Shown here one piece after another: positions 59,501 through 64,000 of a stretch of DNA of 64,000 bases; within the stretch, counting starts at the first letter, position 1, and each line of letters begins with the position of its first letter. The translations under genes were made by a program, and so were the position numbers. This stretch comes from an uncultured delta proteobacterium (GTDB taxonomy: Bacteria; Desulfobacterota; Binatia; UBA9968): assembly GCA_963727625.1 (NCBI GenBank), contig CAVSHR010000012.1, positions 320,001 through 384,000 on the forward strand, read 5' to 3'. Under the pieces are notes generated by a model that saw only the letters and a list, made by a program, of their open reading frames with translations, made no database searches and had not been told where the DNA came from.

Positions 59501-60734
59501 TCCCAACTTCTCGCAATATCACGCGGAATCACTGGCGATGTCGGTTGGCTGGCTAGGACTGCACGCCGGCACAGTGACTGCGCTCGACCGCAACCATCTT
59601 GGCAGAGGCCTGCAACACACGTCGGGACGAGAATGCCTGCCGTTGCCGATTTGCATCGGCCAGCTGCTCGAGATTCACGAACGGCGCGTGCCCGGTGAAA
59701 TCGCCGGCTACTATATGCTGGAGGGCGGAGCGCCCTGCGTCATCGACGCCTACATGGGCTATCTGGAACGGTTCATCGGCGAACAGAGCTTGGAGGATCT
59801 TTTCTTGCTCGTCCCCGGCGCTGACAACGATCACTGCGGTTATGACCCAGTGATCTTGGCAAAGTATACCCTGCCGGCACTTCTGGTAGCGGACATCATG
59901 GTCGAGATCGAACAAGTCCTTCACGTCGTCGGCGATGCCCACGCCAACGCACAGCTGAAACAGGAATGGCAGCGCTTCATTGCAAGCGCAAACTCATTGG
60001 AGCAGTTCCATGCGCAACTTCCTGGGTTCGTCGACCGCTTGGCGTCCATCCCGTGTAAACGAAACCCGCTCGATTCCCCGCGGGTACTGGTTACCGGCGA
60101 TTTTTTCACGCGCTTCAGTCCATTTTTCATGGAAGGCGTGAGCGAAATCTATAATGATCGCGGCATCATTCTCAAACCGGTCGATCTGAACGGCCTGTTG
60201 CTCTACGGGGCTTACAACATGGTCGCTGAAGCGGCCGGCGGTTGGGGACTCAAACCGGGCGGCGTAGCGCTAGCGAAAGCTTGCACAAGAATTTTCCAGC
60301 CCGACGGGCGAGAGTACTTGCGCCGTTGGCTCGCCTATCAGACTGAGAAGCGATCCGAAGCATACTACCGCAGGATCTTTCACAAGAGCGGCTATCTGCT
60401 AACACCGCAAGGAGACGCCTCGGCTACCTTTTTAGACGCCTCGGAACATATCTCGCCGAAGATTTACGGCGAGGTCATTCCGACCGTCGGCGACAGCGTA
60501 CGGGCGGATGTCGAAGGCTACGACGGCATCATCATTATCGGCCCGTTTAACTGCTTGCCGTTCCGCATCGCCGAAGCGATTCTCAAGCCGCTCAGCATTC
60601 GACGCGGCATGCCGATCCTCTCCTATGAGAGCGATGGATACGCCGTCTCGCCGTCATTTATCAGACAGGTTGAGGTCCACACGCAGCAGGTTCTTGAGCA
60701 CAGGGCGCGAAATTCGATTCGCGGCGCGGCATGA
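56592..60734 (+). CDS. Multidomain acyl-CoA dehydratase activase (2x BcrAD/BadFG ASKHA domains plus DUF2229/dehydratase-like domains)
   Basis: KCAAGSG, GVDAGSTTTK, EIGGQDSK, ACSAGTGSFLEE, C.FP, NFSC..D, LEIDAH.ADAG..TRLEAF, PFNCLP. Confidence 0.88.
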   Translation: MKYIGINIGALTVKLAVLDGAQTFAAVVPHLGRPLAVLEKLLAEKDFAGADYYGVSGHLGHLSEAAAIQRALGEVKSDFDAVVSLGGESFLVYIVAKGRISNVLSHNKCAAGSGEFFVQQIGRMGLGMEEAIRNSFEGKVVPLAARCSVHCKSDITHKLNRNEATAKDILHTLHDSMASKVVALLEKGQSDLRRVLLIGGVTRNAAMLAALREKLLSTEFVVLPESPWFEAWGSALLTRDLPLYPAPKTSTQATLGHLPALKLYSDRVEVIPVPPQQPAPDGPMVLGVDAGSTTTKAVLVDAATKAVVATNYTRTRGDPVAATRECLRALVEQIGNRCIGLVGSTGSARELAGAYLGTEHVYNEISAHAAGAAHFDADVDTIFEIGGQDSKYIYLRNGVPIDYAMNNACSAGTGSFLEESAHGDLGMDVSEIAELALAAPAPVQFKATCAAFINSDIRIALQEDHSRENIVAGLVYAIAGNYLNRVKGSRYVGKKVFLQGGVALNQAVGHAFAHSVGRQVVIPPSPELLGALGVALLALQRADGSLGTATELLTLAAPEMKRTGGFTCGACGLYCSIDHFEVAGRRFPFGGRCSLYENVWKRKNRSAAAPDLVEQRSKLLFDRPKGESSGNGKRIGIPKALTTHSLYPLYSTFFAGMSMEVVLSAVDPRGELKSNAGFCFPAQIAHGAVLDLVQRGVELIFLPHVMRMPRQEAWKESYLCPITQASPYFLAKAYPQIHLLSPLLDFSDGYAASSTLVDMAINELGQPRDLAERQWAAAVTAQIEAERDLLQLGRRALAQAIADGKPAVILAGHSYNAFTPEGSQSVGKKLSSMGVAAIPADCLSPAGTGPTSWHFANQVMNAVKAVKQQANLFLLCVSNFSCTIDAFTQSMLAAEMGSKPYLILEIDAHTADAGVQTRLEAFLDIVKNYHEGEISRRSEFNPAKLIGGGQVLRGNGERVALTDPRVKLYFPNFSQYHAESLAMSVGWLGLHAGTVTALDRNHLGRGLQHTSGRECLPLPICIGQLLEIHERRVPGEIAGYYMLEGGAPCVIDAYMGYLERFIGEQSLEDLFLLVPGADNDHCGYDPVILAKYTLPALLVADIMVEIEQVLHVVGDAHANAQLKQEWQRFIASANSLEQFHAQLPGFVDRLASIPCKRNPLDSPRVLVTGDFFTRFSPFFMEGVSEIYNDRGIILKPVDLNGLLLYGAYNMVAEAAGGWGLKPGGVALAKACTRIFQPDGREYLRRWLAYQTEKRSEAYYRRIFHKSGYLLTPQGDASATFLDASEHISPKIYGEVIPTVGDSVRADVEGYDGIIIIGPFNCLPFRIAEAILKPLSIRRGMPILSYESDGYAVSPSFIRQVEVHTQQVLEHRARNSIRGAA

Positions 60735-60781
60735 AAGCCGGCGGTAAATGATGCGCTCACGCTTATCACCGGGGAGGGAGA

Positions 60782-60952
60782 ATGGCGACTTACGCGTTTC
60801 ATTGCCAGAAATGCGATCTGAACTTCGAGCTGATGTTTTCGTTTGGCAAGTACCAAAGGAAGGTCAATCCCGTGCGATGTCCCAACTGCAATAGCACTCG
60901 GGTAATCCGGCGGATTTCCCTCTTTGAGGTGAAAACCTCGAAGAAGAGCTAG
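60782..60952 (+). CDS. FmdB-family zinc-ribbon protein (56 aa; not in ORF track)
   Basis: MATYAFHCQKC...RCPNCNS..VIRRIS..VKTSKKS; RBS GGAGGGAG. Confidence 0.85.
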   Translation: MATYAFHCQKCDLNFELMFSFGKYQRKVNPVRCPNCNSTRVIRRISLFEVKTSKKS

Positions 60953-60993
60953 ACCGCGCGACAGAATCCGCGGCGCTGCGCAAACGACGGCGC

Positions 60994-61641
60994 TTATCCC
61001 ACCGCCGAGACTTTCGACTTATCCCGTTTAAGGATTTCGACCACGTCTTCATCGGCAACCTGGCCGAACTCGTCAAAAAATTGGCCCACGGCGTAGAATT
61101 CACCCGGGACATCCAAACAGACCACCTCATCGCACTCGCGCGACATCGCTTGAGCCGCTTCCGGGGAAGCCACGGCGACGGCGGCAATCAGCTTTTTGGG
61201 CCCCTGGGCGCGCACCGCGCGCAACGCCGCCCTCATCGTTGATCCGGTGGCGATGCCGTCGTCAACCACGATGACCATGCGGTCTCGCGGATCGATCGGC
61301 GCCTGATGCGGCGTGTATACGGCTCGGCGGCGGCGCAGGACCTGCAGTTGGCGTTTTTTTTCCGCTTGCACATACTCGAAGTCGAGATCCAAAGCCCACT
61401 CGGAAACAAACGCTTTGCCGGTTTCATCGATGGCGCCGATGGCGAGCTCAGGCGACTCGGGATGGCTGAGCTTGTGCACGAGCACGACATCCAGCTCGCC
61501 GCCGAGGGCACCGGCGATGATCTTGGCCATCGGCACTGCGCCGCGCGGTATGCCGAGCACTAAAGGATTCTTGTTTTTGTACTGAGGACTCAAGCGCTCG
61601 ACCAAAAGCGCCGCGGCATGTTCTCGATTTCTAAATCGCAT
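60994..61641 (-). CDS. Phosphoribosyltransferase family protein (Rv0571c-like)
   Basis: F.NR..A..L, GIPRGAVP, VIVVDDGIATGSTM, FYAVGQFF..F.QV.D. Confidence 0.9.
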   Translation of the reverse strand: MRFRNREHAAALLVERLSPQYKNKNPLVLGIPRGAVPMAKIIAGALGGELDVVLVHKLSHPESPELAIGAIDETGKAFVSEWALDLDFEYVQAEKKRQLQVLRRRRAVYTPHQAPIDPRDRMVIVVDDGIATGSTMRAALRAVRAQGPKKLIAAVAVASPEAAQAMSRECDEVVCLDVPGEFYAVGQFFDEFGQVADEDVVEILKRDKSKVSAVG

Positions 61642-61677
61642 GGCTCACCTCGCTTAGCTCCCGGAGTCTGCATGGTG

Positions 61678-63063
61678 TCAAACCCTCGTCTCCGGTGATT
61701 TTCGATTGCCCGGTTGTCTTTGCCGCGCGTCGACTTCTTTGGCCAGAAGTTGAATCGCTTCGGCAACGCGCACGGGATAATCCGGCGCAGGCTCGAGCTT
61801 TTTCAACCCATCGGGCAGTTTCTTGAATTGCTCCAGTGCCCACGCCCGCGATTGCTTCAGGGACACGGGCGCTGTAAGCCGCCGTCCCTGCTGCATGACC
61901 GGCGCGATGAGCGCGGCCCCGCTGTTTTCGTCGCCTTCCAAGGTCAAGAGATCTCCAGCCATCAGTCCTGCGGAATCGTAGGTCCGAAACACCTGCTTTC
62001 TGCCCGGCCACAGCACCTTGCCTTCCGAGCGCTTGCGGCGGGCACGGCCGGCATACTCGACGAGCTTGTAGGCGCAGTCCAAGTAGGGCGCATCGGCGGA
62101 AGTATCCATATGCGTGCCGATGCCGAAGCCGTCGATGGGGGCGCCTTTCTCGCGTAGCTGTTGGAGCAGATATTCATCGACGCTGCCGCTGGCAAAGATG
62201 GTGACCTCATTGAGGCCGCCGGCGTCAAGAATGCGCCGCACTTTGAATGCATGATCGGCCAGATCGCCGCTGTCCAGCCGCACGCCTTTGATTTTAATCC
62301 CGTCGTGGCCAAGCTTGGGCGCCAGCTCGACGACCTTTTGGGCCGCCGCTTCAGTGTCATAGGTATCGATCAGGAGAATCACATTATTTGGCAGCGCCCG
62401 GGCAAAGTGCTCAAACGCCGCGCTTTCGTCATCGTGTGCCTGCACGAATGAGTGGGCCATCGTGCCAAATACCGGGATGTCGTAGAGCGGCGCCGCCAGC
62501 ACCGTGGCGCTGCCGGCGAAACCGGCCAAATAACTCGCTCGCGCCGCCAGCAGTCCGGCTTCGGCCCCATGGGCGCGGCGCAAGCCAAAATCCACCAGCA
62601 GTTTGCCTGGTGCCATCAGCACCGAACGCGCCGCCTTTGAAGCGATCAAGGTTTCAAAATGAAACAAGTTAATCAGCCGGCTTTCCACCAGCTGCGCCTG
62701 GTCGATCGGCGCCGTGACGCGCAGGATCGGTTCGTTGGGGAAAAAAATCGTTCCTTCAGCCATGGCGTGGACATCGCCGGTAAAGCGGAGATTTTTCAGA
62801 TAGCGCACGAACTTTGGATGAAACTCGCCATGCTTGCCGATCCATTCGAGCTCCGCTGCGGTAAAGCGCAGGTTTGCCAAAAACCCGAGCCCCTGTTCAA
62901 GGCCGGCGGCGACGAGAAAATTGCGCGAGCGCGGCAGCTTGCGAACGAAAAATTCAAAAACCGCGGTTTCTTCCATGTGCTGATCGAAGTAGCCCTGGAG
63001 CATCGTGAGCTGGTATAGATCGGTCAGCAGCGCGCTCGATAGAACGTTTCGCTCGATATTCAT
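61678..63063 (-). CDS. pncB: Nicotinate phosphoribosyltransferase
   Basis: LLTDLYQLTM, DFGLRRAHG, GTMAHS, LIDTYDT, VRLDSGD, YKLVEY. Confidence 0.95.
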   Translation of the reverse strand: MNIERNVLSSALLTDLYQLTMLQGYFDQHMEETAVFEFFVRKLPRSRNFLVAAGLEQGLGFLANLRFTAAELEWIGKHGEFHPKFVRYLKNLRFTGDVHAMAEGTIFFPNEPILRVTAPIDQAQLVESRLINLFHFETLIASKAARSVLMAPGKLLVDFGLRRAHGAEAGLLAARASYLAGFAGSATVLAAPLYDIPVFGTMAHSFVQAHDDESAAFEHFARALPNNVILLIDTYDTEAAAQKVVELAPKLGHDGIKIKGVRLDSGDLADHAFKVRRILDAGGLNEVTIFASGSVDEYLLQQLREKGAPIDGFGIGTHMDTSADAPYLDCAYKLVEYAGRARRKRSEGKVLWPGRKQVFRTYDSAGLMAGDLLTLEGDENSGAALIAPVMQQGRRLTAPVSLKQSRAWALEQFKKLPDGLKKLEPAPDYPVRVAEAIQLLAKEVDARQRQPGNRKSPETRV

Positions 63064-63254
63064 TGCGCTTTCCTATGCCTTGAACCGCCTCAGCCCATCC
63101 GGGTCCACCTGCGTCCAAGAGGTCGTCGCGCGCCTCGCTTTCGGCCCGCCGCAGCGCCGAGAATGCAAGCTGGTCATGCCAGCGCACCCAACACCTGCCA
63201 TCGTTGAGGACCAACAGCGAAAAATCGACACTCGGCGATTACGCTCTTGGAGTG

Positions 63255-63269
63255 GCAAACGGCATGCCA
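63255..63269 (-). promoter_or_regulatory. sigma54 promoter for pncB-PRT
   Basis: TGGCAT-GCCGT-TTGC. Confidence 0.78.
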
Positions 63270-63328
63270 TGAAACGGCTTAAGTTCAACCTGAAACTTGG
63301 CGCTAAATTCGCTTCTCGGCGGCGCAGA

Positions 63329-63375
63329 TTCCCGCGCGCGCAAAATTCGCTCCAATAAATTTTCATCGTTGCAAG
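63329..63375. promoter_or_regulatory. Paired palindromic activator boxes (weaker)
   Basis: TTCCCG-CGCG-CGCAAA (63329) and TTTTCA-TCGT-TGCAAG (63360), 31 bp apart. Confidence 0.5.
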
Positions 63376-63546
63376 AAGCGATCGCAGGACAGGTGTCGCT
63401 GGGGCGGAGCGGGCCATGGAATGGGTCCGCGGCGATTCAGGAGGCCGTGCTATGCGCCCATAAAGCGAGCACGCTGGATCCGGCGAGAGTACCCGGGCAA
63501 GATCACTTTTCGATGGTTCAGGAGCGCGAGTAGAGACAAACTTGTT

Positions 63547-64000
63547 TTAAACATCGATACTGAGCTTTTCGAGTTTACGGTAAAGCGTCGACAGGCTGAG
63601 GCCCAATAATTCCGCGGCGCGCACTTTGTCGCCCGCCGTTTTTCCTAAAGTACGCTCGATATGGCTCTTCTCATAGAGCTCGATGGCTTTGCTCAGATTA
63701 TCGTCGCTGTTGATTTCGCTGTCCGCCGCCGACTGATGTCCCGGCAAGTCGCCGGGAGATATCCATTCGCCGTTGCCGAGAATCATTGCCCGTTCCAAGA
63801 CGTTGTCCAGTTCGCGGATGTTGCCCTTCCAGGGCAGCGACATGAGGATTCTCATGGTTGCGCTGTCAACCCCTTTGTAGCTGGTCTTCATTTCCAGGTT
63901 GTGCCGGTGAATTAGATACTCGACCAGGCCGGGCAAATCCTCGAGCCGTTTGCGCAGCGGCGGTATGTCAATCTCAAAGACGTTCAATCGGTAGTAGAGA
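63547..64000 (-). CDS. sigma54-dependent enhancer-binding protein (NtrC/AtoC family), C-terminal part
   Basis: LYYRLNVFEIDIPPLRKR, WKGNIREL.N..ERA, Fis-type HTH RAAELLGLSLSTLYRKL. Confidence 0.95.
   Translation of the reverse strand, partial: LYYRLNVFEIDIPPLRKRLEDLPGLVEYLIHRHNLEMKTSYKGVDSATMRILMSLPWKGNIRELDNVLERAMILGNGEWISPGDLPGHQSAADSEINSDDNLSKAIELYEKSHIERTLGKTAGDKVRAAELLGLSLSTLYRKLEKLSIDV

Noticed and set aside
63073-63250. Possible nicotinamidase or small gene upstream of pncB
   Set aside because: None of the three minus-strand frames shows isochorismatase motifs or a convincing RBS.
63298-63312. Plus-strand TGGCGC-TAAAT-TCGC sigma54-like site
   Set aside because: No plus-strand gene downstream; it points at the 3' end of the bEBP gene. 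Antisense use is possible but unsupported.

Overview
A GC-rich bacterial window from a diderm: it encodes an outer-membrane factor, an Mla-type ABC system and lipoproteins. Gene style and small-protein families resemble Candidatus Binatota/deltaproteobacteria-like genomes, but this cannot be proven from the sequence. I saw no rRNA, tRNA, CRISPR array, integrase or transposase. The window is one stress/hypoxia/dormancy-type island. It holds five tandem-domain USPs, Hsp20, DnaJ, an archaeal-type DnaK, a 2-oxoacid:ferredoxin oxidoreductase with a Glu/Leu/Phe/Val dehydrogenase, an acsA-pdhABC-ACP cluster and MlaEFD/PqiC. It also holds an orphan BoxB-like di-iron protein with a DPS-like ferritin, persulfide dioxygenase/TrxC, MacAB-OMF efflux, an archaeal-type SAM synthetase, archease-RtcB-stomatin, a 1380-aa CoA-activase fusion, PRTase-PncB and the 3' end of a sigma54 enhancer-binding protein. 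The main hidden structure is regulatory. About 19 sigma54 (-24/-12) promoters head most transcription units. About 11 pairs of a 16-bp palindrome (roughly TTYKCA-N4-TGMRAA) accompany them, spaced 31-32 bp apart and helically phased to the promoters. The gene content closely parallels the mycobacterial DosR dormancy regulon but appears to run on sigma54. Two gene-end duplications flanking small islets, several gene remnants and REP/MITE-like elements show active remodelling.
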